A stretch of DNA of 64,000 nucleotides. It comes from Amoebidium appalachense. Taxonomy: Eukaryota; Protista; Ichthyosporea. A program made the position numbers and the translations under genes. Below are positions 27,970 to 40,941 of this stretch, in pieces (the first letter of the stretch is position 1; every line of letters starts with the position of its first letter). The notes beneath the pieces are model-generated. The model was not told the origin of the DNA. It was given only the letters and a program-made list of their open reading frames with translations, and ran no database searches. Location: assembly GCA_963693365.1 (NCBI GenBank), contig CAVNZM010000006.1, forward strand, positions 1,860,001 through 1,924,000. The letters are read 5' to 3'.

Positions 27970-30589
27970 CTCCCCCCCTTGTCGGGAGCCTGGTGGTGTC
28001 GTTAGACAAGCAAACCACCAGGCTGAGAGGCGATAAACAACCTTCAGCGAGAATTCTTGTGTGTGCCGAGCTGCTGTACAGAACAGAGCAAGGACGGTGG
28101 AATAGAGTTGTGCACGTCTATGAGCACTTCTTCATTTGCCAAAACGTAAATTCATGCAGCATTCTTCTGTGATTTCATTTTCGTGGCGAAGATTGTTGCA
28201 GAGTGTGCGTGCGAATAATTCGCTAAGCCTTCGTCTCTGTGCTTGGCTTTTCTGTAGAAGTAGTATTTTCCTTTTTGGGAATTTTTCCTTTTTAGGATAC
28301 TCCCGCAGATTCGTTTTCAATTGCGAGTAATTTGGTTGTGTGGATGAATGATCATACCAAACATTCGATAATGAATATAACTCGAGCCTTAGGTCACTTC
28401 GTAGCTCAGGTAGTGGTGGATAGCTTCAAGGCTTAGCCGCTGCTCCTTATCCCGGTTCTACCTTAAGACTGTAAGGCGAGTCACCATGGCCGGAAAAGCC
28501 ACTTCTTTCATGAACAAAGAGCACTTCTTTCCTTTCAGCTTTAACCCTGCATCATCGGAGCTGGGAAAAACAGAATAAAAATGCCCAAGTGTTCTTCGTT
28601 GGGCGACATAAAGAAATATATCACCCGTCAGAACCAGTAAAAGCCCGGTTCATAATTCATAAGAAGAGGGTAGGCAAAGCAAGCCTCCTTCAGAAAACAC
28701 ATGCTTCCATTCGTGAGCAGTTTTCGTATCCCATTTGCCAGCCATTTTCGTTGAGCAGGGGGATTCCAGGCATAATACATTCTTCTGGAGGCTTGGCCTA
28801 AAAAGAAAAGTCGTCGCAGTCGCCCTTTCTTTTGTAAGCAACTTCGTGAGCGCGCTTCGTGTTTTCATATCCTCCAGTGCAGGTCTGGATGGTGCCCCAT
28901 CCTCTGCTTCATTTGTAGGTGGCCCTACTGTAGGTTCTGTTCGTTGTGTGGAATACCAAAACCATTCGTATTCGTGGAACTGCTTTGTGCTGTGCTTTCT
29001 TTCGTGTTGGTGTTCATGAAGTTACCCCGTTCACACACCCTACTTCTTACATACATTAGATGTAAGTAGCTGCCTGGTGAGTGTGTGGTTCGTGTTCGTG
29101 GCATTCTTCTGTTCCTTCGTGAGAAGAATATTCGTTTTAGCAGAGGTGCCCAATAAGGCAGCTTGTGGGGTTGTCTCCCGCATGTGCCCATTGGTGGGGT
29201 ATGCACGTGCTAAATTGTTACAGTGTCATCATATTGCAAGGGAATAACATGGTCACCTCCGTACCAGGGCCTAGTAGGTACACATGATGGTCCGATGTGT
29301 TAGTCAACAACACCTTGCATTCGTATTCGTATTTGTCTTCCACGTCACTTTCTTCAGTAGTGAAGGAGGGTATTCGTAATTCGAAACTGAAAGGCTTCCA
29401 GCCAAAATACTGACACTGTATGATGGGGTTGTGAGGGAGCGGTGCCCATACCACATTCTTTTGTTCTGGTGGGGGTGTGCCGGCAGCTAGTGCAAGGCTT
29501 GACAGTGTAATTGGTATGTTACACCGTATTGCCACAGACGGGCATTCACCTTAAAATTCGTACCCAACACCTTCTTTGTTTTTCACATGCATGAACAAAA
29601 GTTCTGCATCGACTTTATTACATGCCTTTTGTGCACCAAGAGTGCAAATTCGTTAGGGCGTGGCACCAGGAAGGGCCGCCATACATGAGTCAGGCATATG
29701 TTCGTAATGTGTTTAGGCATGCCAGCATACATTCATGCGCATGTTGTGCATCCTGTGCGCTAAACTATGGGGCATGCTGTATTCGAGAACAGCAAGGGAT
29801 TCGAAGCATGCATGCAACACTACTTTCATAAGATCTTAGGTCCTACATGCTATAGCAACAGCGACTATCTTCTTCGTTAAGTGCATTTGTGCTGAAAGTG
29901 GCCGTGCATCTGGCTTGCGAGTGTGGACGTGCATGCGGTGGCATGGACACGATGGCAGTGTGCAATAGGGCAATGCACGCAAGGGCAACGGTTTTATTTT
30001 CTTCCTAACATAGAGGGGGCTGTGTGCATTGCAACCCAAGCAGTGTTGTGCATTCGTCCTTTCATTTTCGTATTTCCAGTTCATTTTGCTTTCGTTTTTC
30101 GTTTTTTGTCGTTTGATAACTTCGTTACTTCGTTTTGTTTTCGTGTTGCATTCATTTCGTATTTCCTCTATGCAATCGTTTGTCGTTAATTCTTTATTTC
30201 ATTGCGTATTCGTGATGGTTCGTTTTTCGTTGGTTCATTGCTTCGTTAGCAATTCTTTATTCGTTTGTTCGTGTATTCGTTGTTTCGTTGTGTATTCGTT
30301 TTTCTTCACATTTTTGATGTGTCGTAGCAAAAGAAGTTTTACATGCTTTCAATTCTTTCCGTGTAGGTGGGCTGGCCACTTCAAACTTGTAGGTGTATAT
30401 ATTCTAAGCCGGACAAGGAAAGATGTGCCTATCATCGGGGTAAAAAGGATTGTGATCGGCCATGGGAGATTCTTGAGCTGATTGAAAGATGTGAGATTCT
30501 TGAACTGATTGAAAGATGTGAGATTCGAAGGATGCGAGATTCTTGAACTGCGCGGTCGCCAATGTAAACAGTTGACAATGTATAACAGT

Positions 30590-30607
30590 GTCCTGCCGCG
30601 GTCGCCA
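30590..30607 (-). other. Primer-binding site complementary to the tRNA-Arg(UCG) 3' end
   Basis: Plus-strand GTCCTGCCGCGGTCGCCA, 1 nt from the LTR. It matches the 3' end (…GTCCTGCCGCGGTCG-CCA) I recall for eukaryotic tRNA-Arg-TCG. Confidence 0.75.
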
Positions 30608-30608
30608 A

Positions 30609-31088
30609 TGTAAACAGTTGGACTAGTTAGGATAAGGCAGAGTACAACTGAATCAAAATAAAGACAGAGAACGGGTAGAAAGGCACACGCGGCCAGGTTG
30701 CTTTTACTATGGGCCGACTCAGTCTGTCTCAGACTTCACTGATGTGATCCCCGTACTGGGACGGCTTTCTTATATAGCCCCCAGGTTTCGGATCAAGGCC
30801 CAGGATTGGTTCATCCGCGGCCAGCGCGGGTGGCAACATGCCATTCGTGATTCTGGTGCGGTCCGAGCCAGTCAGACCTTTGTCCTATTTATGCAAACCT
30901 CTTATTGGTTCACTTCGTTTATGTGGTATGCAGCTGAAGAACCATATATGGTTCAATTCTTAGGTCAGAGTGAGTCCTATTGGTGCGGACATAATATTTA
31001 TGTGATATTCATGACAAAGCACGAATCGTGTGCTAGTAGATCACATTCTTTAGTAAACATGTACAGTTCATGTGTACAGTTGTTTACA
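30609..31088 (-). repeat. 5' LTR
   Basis: Direct repeat of 27490-27969, followed on the minus strand by the PBS. Confidence 0.93.
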
Positions 31089-31104
31089 TGTATGCGAATG
31101 CGCG

Positions 31105-31192
<88 letters not shown>

Positions 31193-31267
31193 TGGTTTGT
31201 GGATGTTGGTGTCTCGTTGGGTATGTTGCTAATATAAAAAAAGAGAGACAGTATTTACGTGCTTTCT

Positions 31268-31457
31268 TGTTCTTGGAGTTTTTTTCTTTTTTCCCTGCTG
31301 CATGTCCTGCCACACCCGCACTCAGTGATGTGCAAGAAGTACCACAAACGTGCACACGGGGTCGTCCCCTGTGGTACTTCTTGCACATGTGTGCGGGTGT
31401 GGCAAGACAAGCAGCGGGGAAAAAAAAGAGAAAAAACCCCCCGGGGCCCCAAGAACA
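31268..31457. repeat. Fold-back inverted repeat with ~80-bp arms
   Basis: Left arm TGTTCTTGG...TGCCACACCCGCAC...ATGTGCAAGAAGTACCACA (31268-31346) pairs with right arm TGTGGTACTTCTTGCACAT...GTGCGGGTGTGGCA...CCAAGAACA (31370-31457). Confidence 0.8.
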
Positions 31458-32028
31458 TTTATGAATACTTGTTTCTATATGGCTGTATTTTTTTTGTGGA
31501 AGCTGAAACGAACATCATGGATTGATATCGTTGTACGTACACTCCAGTGTCTGTGGCACCATTTAGCCATTGAATGATTAATAATAACCCATTACCCTCA
31601 GTTTATAGCTACTATAATATGGGCGCCAGCACAGGATGCTCATGATCATGTGCACATGTGGACAATCATGAAATCCTGATTACCATAGTTGATGCTGTAT
31701 TTCTTTTTGAATTTTTTGAATCAAATATGACATTGCTCTACGTACATGACATCATCTGCTCAAGCCATACAAGTAGGTCTGTGCGCCGGCTGTCGCCGGC
31801 GCCAAAACATAACGAGACAGTTATTGATGTTGGGTTGTGTGGTTGTTACCTCCCTCTCCCCCCTCCCCCCCCCCCCCCCCCCCCCCCTCCCTCGCCTCAC
31901 GCTTCCCCCCCCCCCCCCCCCCCCCCTCCCCTGGCCCCCCCGCCTCACGCTTCCTCCCCTCCCCCCACCCCCCAAATCCTGCAGTTGCCGGATCTGCCAA
32001 ATGTTATGACCCTTTTCCCTTTCATTTA

Positions 32029-32065
<37 letters not shown>

Positions 32066-32329
32066 TTTCTTGCCACACTGTGTTATCAGTCTAGGGCCGG
32101 GAGAGATTGCCATTGCCGAAGTACCAAGTTTACTTGTGGTCCTCCAAAAACATGTAGCTGAAAACCACCAAGTGCAATATGTTCTAATTGCTTGCAAAAT
32201 TTTTATAATATTTTTAATATTTTTGTTGTTTTACTTATTTTACAGAACTGTTTGGTAACCCGATGATATGCATGGACAGGCAATAAAACTTTCCACGTGC
32301 ACCCACCCACACACACACACACACAAAAC

Positions 32330-33645
32330 TCAAGCCCTCTCATCCTCGGGTGGCTCCGGCTTGCAGTATTTGATACCATTCATCTCCTCGACCAATGCCA
32401 TCACAGCATCGGCATCATAGCGGTGTAAAAACCGCGGATTTCTGTACGTCTGCTTCTTGTACAGATTCTCTTTTCCCATTTCACTGTCGGCGTCATTACC
32501 TTCCCCTCCCTTTTTTTGTTTTTTCGCTTTTTTTGCCGCCGTTTTCTCAGTTGACTTTCGTTTCCATGAGCTCCGCGTGGTCACTCCGTTATCTTCCGAT
32601 TCCCCGTCGCTTTCTTCCCCCTCGTCAATCGATTCCGGTTCGTCACCCGATTGTCCAGCCTGGCCTGGAAAGATAGAGCTTAAGCGCCCTTTCTTCACCA
32701 TGCGATCACAAAGAATCTTTCTCAATTTCTCATATCCATCCCCCTCGTTCAACTCCTTGATTGGTGTACCCGTTGCAAGCAAACAATAATGATCCTCAGG
32801 CCCTATTGTTTCCCTGGCCTTTTCGCGAATATTCTCCACCTTCTCCACCCGAAACGCCTTCACCTCGATATCCGAATCATTGCACCACCGAATGACGATA
32901 TCCCCAGGAATAATCTCCATGTGCACACCCCCCACCGGAAAACCTTGTGCGGCCTCTGGGTAATCTTGGTTATTTTCCCCGTCTGGAAATGTGTGTGCGT
33001 GGTCGGCATGGAAATACTGAGGGTCCGTTTTTGCCAAAACGACCGATGGCAAGCCCTCCCTCATCCCTTTCAGGTAGGTGGCGAGGCGGGGGTAAGAGCC
33101 TTCGACTTGCTCAATACTCATACCCGAGCTCGTAATTTTTTGATTGAAGAAGAATCGGCGAGGGCGAATCATTGGCTTAATATCAGGCACGGGCGAGGGA
33201 ATTTCATTCTTGATCTCAGGTGGTTTGATGTCTGGAATCGGATCGCGTGGCGGTGCGTTTTGATTGGGCAAAGAAGGGGCTGGCTGCTCATTGGCTTGGC
33301 GTCGAACCGAACGTGTCTGATTCGTTGGCTGTGGTGAGGAGGGTAAAGGTTCCGTCTTGACGGTCGTTGTTTGTGTGTTGTCGGTTGAATTGGTGGCTTG
33401 GTTAGTGGTGGTAGGTGTCGAGGGTGTGGGTGGTGCAGGCGACTCGCTCCCATTTTGCTCCAAATTCCGTGGAGTATCGGCGCTTGTGCGGGTTTCTGTG
33501 TCTGCTTGGGTGTTGGTTTGCGTCGGTGGCGAGGTGGCCTCATGCTTGATGATTCCTTCGGATGTATGTGGAGGGGAGGGGGGAGCCGTGGTTGTAAGGG
33601 CCTATGAGCATAAACGATGGTTAGTTGATGGGGTAAAAAGGAAAT

Positions 33646-33677
<32 letters not shown>

Positions 33678-35770
33678 CGTCCCCACAAGTGCAATCCAAC
33701 AATAGAGATGCAGTTATTCAACACGGCTGTAGCCCGTTTTTACCGGTTTTGTTCACCAGTTCGACATCGGTGTGCGATCGGGCCACAGTCAAGTTTGTGC
33801 TCTAATGTGTGCATGCAGTTGATAAGAACCAAAAAAAATAAAAGTTATGGTAATATTGAAAGACCCTTTACTTTCCTCACATGAAAATTCAATTTCATTT
33901 TCGTTTCTTCTTTCTTTCTTTTTTTTCCCAAATGATGTATGCATCCAAGAGAGCTGCCAAAGAGTCTTGCTGCAACTGACTTCAGATGTCGATGTCGAGT
34001 GCTATCGATGCAAATTTCTCAATGGATAAACAAAGAAAATAATAAAATTTAATTGGTTGTCCTCAGTCACATCGATTGGCAACTCAAAACTTTCCCAATG
34101 TCTCAAAAGTCGTTCCAGAAACAAAAACAAAAGTCTATGTTATTAATGATCACTTTAACAACCAACTTAAGGAAGAATGTCGATTAAGACACATACACCT
34201 GTCGGAACCTACATCAATGTGGGGTTTTACCCATTAATTTTAAGCCGGCCACGATAGAGTTGTTTAGGTTAGATCCACAACGCGGGAGAAGTAAATAGCG
34301 CCGGCATTAACAAGTCAAAAAAAGGGACGAGGAATATACAATCCTCCTGTTTGAAGAAGTGGGCAACGGTAGGGGCAGGCTTTAAGTCTGCTTCACTGCC
34401 GGGGTCGGACTCTGTGTTTTCGTCTGTAATAAACTCGAAACGCGTGGGTATCTCACACTCGCAGGTGCCCTGCTGATGGGAACAGTAAATGGTCTGAAAC
34501 ATGCTCTATACACCAGTTTGCAATCGAATTCCAAAGGTCTTTGAATAACTATATAAGGTTCGCTGGTATGATCTGATTGGTTGTGTTTTCCGGTGTACGG
34601 TTTACGGTTAAGATTGGGCCAGAGCACTAATGTACAGCCGAGGAAGGGCAATTTAAGCGAAAGGCAGCACAAACATCGAAAAACAGGAAGATCCCCCCCT
34701 CCCTCTCCCCCTTCCTTTCACATGCAAACACACAAACACAGGCGCTCAGTACGCACACAACACACACACTTACACACACGCGCGCACACACACGCACACA
34801 TGAATCAAGCCCCCCCCCCCCCCCCCCCCCCCCCAACCCACCCCTCCTTTCGTCGACACTTGATACAAAAAAAAACTGGGGGTATACACACCTCTTGCTC
34901 AAATAGGTGGGCAACGGTAGGGGCAGGCTTTAAGTCTGCATCACTGCCGGGGTCGGACTCTGTGTTTTCGTATGTGGTGGGCTCGGTAGATGATTGGGTG
35001 GGTGCCTCACACTGGGCTGGTGGGGGAATGCTCTGCTGATGGGAAGAATTGGTCAGAATATGCTCCATCTACTACTTTTGTAAAAACACATAGTAAATAC
35101 CGACCAAGAAATGCGATAAAACTGGGTATACCCCCCTCAAAAAAACCACTTTGGTGAGTACATTAAGAAAGGTTCCAACTGAACATCCCATGAAGCGGGT
35201 GAGAAACAAAAGGCCTCAGTCACGCAAAGGGGAAGGGAGGGGAGGGGGGAAGGGGGGGGAGGGGGGAGGGGGGGGAGGGGGAAGGGGGGGGGAGGGGGGA
35301 GGGGAGGAAGGAGGGGGAAGGGAGGGGGGGGGGGGGGGGGGGGGAGCGGGGAGAGGGGGGGCAATCAGGTTTCCGAAATACTGGACTAAGTGAATGGACA
35401 GAAAGCTGTCTGTTAAGGTCCAAGGCATACTGAGGCAGCACAGACAACGAGAGCAAGGACGACCCCCCCCCCCCCCCCCCCCCCCCCCCCCTTCCTCCCG
35501 AACACACACACAAACACACAAAATAAAAATATATACAGACACATGTGAACCTCAAAGCCATATGCTTCCTTTGTTTTCGCAACACATCTCTCAAACAAAG
35601 CAAAACAGAACAAAATATTCCCCCCCACCCCCCACCCCCTTTCACACAGCAGCCCCACCACCATTCTCCTCTCCACTCACACGAACTTCATTCCTAAACC
35701 ACGAGCCCATAAAATCAGGGGGCCACCAAACACTTACCCCCTACCTTCCCCCCTCCCCCCTACAAAAAAC

Positions 35771-35805
<35 letters not shown>

Positions 35806-35925
35806 AGGTGTTGGGGAAAGGGGGGGAGGGTCCACAAACCACATGCGGTTTGGGCTCGGGGACATCTGGTGATGGGTTCTCTTCCTTTGCCTCTTCAATT
35901 GGATCCACCACCTGTTTCGTTGGTT

Positions 35926-35959
<34 letters not shown>

Positions 35960-35973
35960 AGGAGGGGGGGGGG

Positions 35974-36006
<33 letters not shown>

Positions 36007-36148
36007 TCACCAAGGTGTGAGTGAAGAAAAGAGTGAGAATAAGCGCCACGGTAAACCCTCCTTGATTTCAGTAATGGCAGCCCCTTCCCTAGTTAGGCCC
36101 CCACTAGTAACACCCCCCCCCCCCCCCCCCCTCCCCTCTCCCCCGGGC

Positions 36149-36180
<32 letters not shown>

Positions 36181-37456
36181 ATGTGCTGCCCATGCCCGCG
36201 AATGGGTCTTCAGCCCACCTATACAACCCCCTCCACCACCTGCCATGTAAGGAGCCTCTACCCTTTCCTCTCCGTGCCGTCCCCTATCCCTCCCTCCCTC
36301 CCCCTCCTCCAACTTTCTCATCCACCTTCTCATCCTCCAAAAAAAGAAAGAGAGAGAGCAAGTGAGAGAGGTACACGACGAGAAGGTGTGCGTAGGTGTG
36401 CGTGCGTGTATGTGTGTGCGCGCGCCCCCACACGTCTCTCACTCTCCTCCCCCTCCCTTTCTCCCCTCCTCTCCCCCTCCCTCCCTACCTCCCTCCCTCC
36501 CTGATGCTCCCTCCCCCTCCCCCCTAACTTCCCCTCCGTCCCTCCCCTCCCCCCACTCTCCCTCCCTCCCCTCCCCTCCCCCCACACCTCTCTCCCCCCC
36601 CCCCCCCCCCCCTCCCTCCCCCCTAACTTCCCCTCCGTCCCTCCCCTCCCCCCTCTCCCTCCTTCCCCTCCCTCCCCCCACACCTCTCTCTCTCCCCCCC
36701 CCCCCCCCCCCCCCCGTCCTCTCTCTAAGTGTGTATGTGCATGTGGCGTGGATATGCTGGAACATGTGGCTGTAACTGTGGTCGTGTGTATGCCCACACG
36801 CGCTTGTGCACGGGTATGTGTCAAAAACTGAGGAACAAGGAAGGTATCCGGTAACTTCCAACGCCTCGACCACACGCACACACACACGCACACACCTCTT
36901 CCTTCGTTACAGGCGGTGTGTATTTGTTCTCCTGTTGTGCCGTGCCCTCACTCTCACCATCACCGGTCAGGTCAACCACCTGTAGTTGGTAACTGGCTCA
37001 GTTTTGTTTACCAGTGTTCATGCCCTAAGCTTGTATGGCTGTGTGGGTGGGGCGCTTGTGTCTGATGGCAATGCTGGGTTCTGTGTGCCCATGTACCGTA
37101 TGCAACTGTATGTGTGTTTGTGGAGTGTGCCCATACAAAGGTGTATGTGTGTGTGCATTTTGTGAGTGTCTGTGTGTGCAGTCAACAAAAAAAACAGCAG
37201 AAACCTTCAACACCTATTAACTCCAGGTGCTTCAGTTAGCAGCCGTGGTACAGGCACTATGCTTTTGAGGGTCTAAGATTAGTACAACGCCACCACCACA
37301 AGCCAAACCCCCCTCCCCCCCCCCCCCCCCCCTTCCCCCCTCCTCGCTCTTTCTCCCCCTCGTAGACATACATCCACACACCTCCGCCTTTGTTACAAGC
37401 GGTATGTACATTGCCTCCTGTTTTGCCGTGACCTCACTCTCATCATCACTGATCAC
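32330..37456 (-). CDS. Uncharacterised nuclear-type protein: disordered N-terminus with SIM-like and SUMO-site-like motifs, globular C-terminal domain (5' end unresolved)
   Basis: Phase-0 GT-AG exons 37382-37456 (VISDDESE...VTKAE), 36896-36979 (VVDLTGD...VTKEE), 35843-35911 (VVDPIEE), 34892-35068 and a terminal exon 32330-33601 (IKHE, VKTE, IKNE; basic KKAKKQKK; stop). All join in frame. A degenerate extra exon copy lies at ~34345-34510. Confidence 0.7.
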
Positions 37457-37885
37457 CTGCGTGTAAAACCTGGCTCAGTAAATGCACAGACATGTTTTTG
37501 GAGAAGTCACTATCTGGTGCGACTCATGAAACAGCCCTCTATTTGCCGTAGAGAAAACAAGGTCATTTAGTTTCATGACGTCTCGTTCTGACAGGCTCGT
37601 CAAAGTTACTGAGTTTTTCACTTAGGCAATAGATGCTGAAAATCAAGGCGGCGCAGTCAGCACCTATTCCGGTGACGGGTTAGAGAAAGGCAAATGCCTT
37701 TTTGCAGATCAGACCACGGCAGTTGGGTTGTGTACACCACTACAGCCGTAGGAAGAGGAAAAAGGGGGTTGAAAAGAAGGAGCAGGTAAGGATGGGAAAG
37801 CCGTAGGTGGTGGTGGTGATGGATGGGGGAGGGGAGGGGGGAGGGGGGGGGGAGGGGGGAGGGGGGAGGGAAGATGGGAGGAGGA

Positions 37886-37916
<31 letters not shown>

Positions 37917-39202
37917 AGGTTGGAAGGACTGGAAGCGACGAACAGAACCAGGAAAGGTTGTCAAAAACGGCCAAGGGTTAAAATGCAGGAACGAAAAGAA
38001 AAGGGCCGAGTGGGGAGACAAGAGTGGGGAGACAAAGGGGACACAAGAACTGTCGAGCGTGCTGCTGCGCTGGTGTGTGCATCCTCGGTGGGTAGGGAGG
38101 GGACCATGTATAGTGGTATAAAAATGTAACGTGATTAAATAATCACAGCTGTCTACAAAAGTGCTGCTGCTTGTTTAAGGGGGTGGAAGTGCGGTACCAG
38201 TGGGTGGAGAAGGAGAGGGAGTGGGAGGAAGAGGAGCTCGGAGAAAGGAGGGAGGGGGGGGGGGGGAGGGGAGGGGGGGAGGGGGGAGGGGAAGGGGGAG
38301 GGGGGAGGGGGGAGGATTTGGGGGGGGGGAGAGGGGAGGGGGGGGAGGGCTGCGCATAGTAGAAGACCCATACCAGGAAAAAGCGGGGCTTAGCCTTTCT
38401 TCTTCCACCCTGCTCCATTTTGCACGAACTACCAAAAACCAGACAAAGGTTTATAGCTAGCACAACACAAAAATGGACTTCTGGACAGCTTCTGCAGCTG
38501 CAGCTGCGCACAGCGTGTGCTCGTGATTGCGCTGGTTCGCGCGATTCGAACAGGGATCGAAATTCCCTAAAAGAGTTTGGGAATTCCCCAAACCGTTTTC
38601 TGGAATCCCAAAGAACCTGCGAGGACAATGGTTGGTTTTTTTTTTTGTTTTGTTTTTTGGGGGGGGGGGGGGGGGGAAGGACGGACCCCGGAGCGGGGAG
38701 GGAGGAGAGGGGTGGGTGAGTGGGGGTGGGGGCGGGGGGAGGGGGGGGGGGGGGGGGGGGGGGAGGATAGGGAAGAGGGGGACTCGTGTAGTGGGCTTTT
38801 TTCAAAGTTTAAGCTTTAAGCACCTGTGGGCGGGGCTGGGCCGGCCGGCGCGGGACCGCGTCCCCTAAATTCTAAATTAAATTGGGGGGTGCGGCATGCC
38901 AGGAGCTACTACTAGAGAGAAGGGGGGGTATGATTGGAGGGGGGGGTGTTCAGCTAACCTTATATGGATAAAGCAAAGTTACAAGGATTCAAGCCATTGG
39001 TTGGGCAAGACCCCTTTTGCCGAATATGGATAACAGATCATACACTGCTGTAGGCGGCGGTCAGGAATTGGCGCGCTCTTTACTGGTCACAACCAGTCCG
39101 GGAAGGCCATGAGCAGCATTGCCGAGCACACTGGAATACGGGAATGTTTGCGGTAACGTAGTCGCACTAGGGGGGCAGGGGGCCAGGCCCCAAGTGTTTA
39201 AA

Positions 39203-40593
39203 ATGAAGCCAGGCTGCCCTAAGGGCACAACACAGCGCCCTGGGCATAAAACAGGCGGAGCTAGGGAGGGAGCTGGGCGCAAAAAAAAAGATGCTGCATT
39301 TGTTCAGCCTTTAGCGAACTTTGCAGGTTTTGGGACGGCAAACAAAGCTGTTTTGCAGGAACTAAACGTAAACGTACAACCCGAACAGCCCCCTCTATCT
39401 AAGGCCGCCGACATAAGGGCCCGTGTAGTTGAGGCAGGTAGCGTCCATTCGTTACCAAGAGAAATGGATCGGGCCCCTGCTCCACACCCACCAGACATAC
39501 AGGTGCAACCCGACGAGGAACCTTTGCTAAATGCAGCAGCAGATGCGTACCGGGTAGACGAGGATGAAGGGGAGGAAGAGGGAGAAGATAATACGGACGG
39601 GGATGACGGTGGAGAGGAGTTTTCTGACGCGGCGGGCGAAACAATCAAGTCGCACCTGCACACAGTGAAAGAGAGTCTCAAAGATGAGAAGACGCCTGTG
39701 GGGTGGCATCTTCCACCTCCCATTATAGGCTTTAAATTTGGGGGCGATCCAGCGCCTTTCTACAAACCCAGATGTTTTGCCTGGCTTCCGGAAAGGTTGT
39801 CTCCCGGTTTCATGGTGCCGTGCCCCTTCGATGATCACTACGTGGACCCCCACAACCACCCCAACCCACACCGTACTTCTCGCAATGGGTTCATGAGCAA
39901 CCCCGTAGGACGGCGTGTTATCGACTTTGACAGCTGCTACTACATTATCACGGCCCGGTACTTTTGTGACACATGCAAAAAAAACTTTGCCGGCACAAAC
40001 CCCCAGACAATTAAACGCCTTCCACTCTTCATGCGTGATCAGTTTCCGGCCTACCTTAGCCACCGCAGTGGGCTCGACCTAAAGGTGGTAACATTGTTGC
40101 GTGCACTGGCAGACAAAGGTGTGGGCCCAAACGCCTTTGCCACCCTCCTCTCGGAGCTCCACAAGCAGCGATACGACGAGCAGCGGCTCCTGTATTACTC
40201 GAGGGCGCTGCATTGGACCAAGTATGAACTCAAAAAGCGTAACGATTTCCGCCCCCACGACCAGCGCCTGACAGAACTTCCCCCAGAGGAGCAGGCGGCT
40301 AAGTTCTCGGCGTTTGGTGACAAAAATGGTTACGCTGGACATGTGCCTTCAGGCAAGTGTGCACTGCATTTTGGGTGTGTAAATGGTCCCCATTGTTTTG
40401 TATGCACGTGCTTGGGCATTTTTTGGGTTGGCTTGGTAGGGTTTTGTTTTATTATTTTTTATTTTTTTTTTAGGGGGGGGGGGGGACTTGGAAATGGGTT
40501 TTGGAAGTGTGGTCAATAAGTTTCTATTATGGTGGTGGTGGATGTGTGGTGGTGGATGTGCGCCTGTGAGTGTGCGTGTACTTGTGGGTCCGT

Positions 40594-40624
<31 letters not shown>

Positions 40625-40716
40625 GGGGGGGGGGAGGGGGGAGGGGGGACATGGTGATGGATTAGGTGGTGGTGGTGGCAATCAGTCATGGTGGTGGTGG
40701 TGGTGGTGGTGGTGGT

Positions 40717-40754
<38 letters not shown>

Positions 40755-40903
40755 GGGCAGAGGGATCATCAGAGGGGTGAAAGCATAACGGTCCATGTAC
40801 CAGTGAGTGTGCTTGGGAAATCGTGGAGAACTGTTATGCCTGAAATTAGATGGTGGGTGTGCGCATGTGTGTCTGTGTGTGTTGGGGGAAAGGAGGTGGA
40901 GAG

Positions 40904-40941
<38 letters not shown>

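Larger units (their letters stand above)
27490..31088 (-). mobile_element. Full-length non-autonomous LTR retrotransposon (3.6 kb)
   Basis: Two 480-bp LTRs (27490-27969, 30609-31088) with no difference noticed by eye. Ends are TGTAAACA...TGTTTACA. The 5-bp TSD TGTAT is at 27485-27489 and 31089-31093. PPT (minus-strand AAGGGGGGGAG) at 27970-27980 and PBS at 30590-30607. The internal 2.6 kb has only short broken ORFs, with no RT or integrase motifs recognised. Confidence 0.93.

Noticed and set aside
30590-30607. tRNA-like sequence ending in CCA
   Set aside because: Only the 18-nt 3' end is present. It is the retroelement PBS, not a tRNA gene.
27625-31232. Duplicated 126/162-aa ORFs (MIPVLGRLSY...)
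   Set aside because: They lie within the two LTRs, start at GTG and show no recognisable domain. The duplication is explained by the LTRs.
31600-32200. Exon-like fragments between the fold-back and the SIM gene 3' end
   Set aside because: The frames are interrupted by stops and no family motif was recognised.
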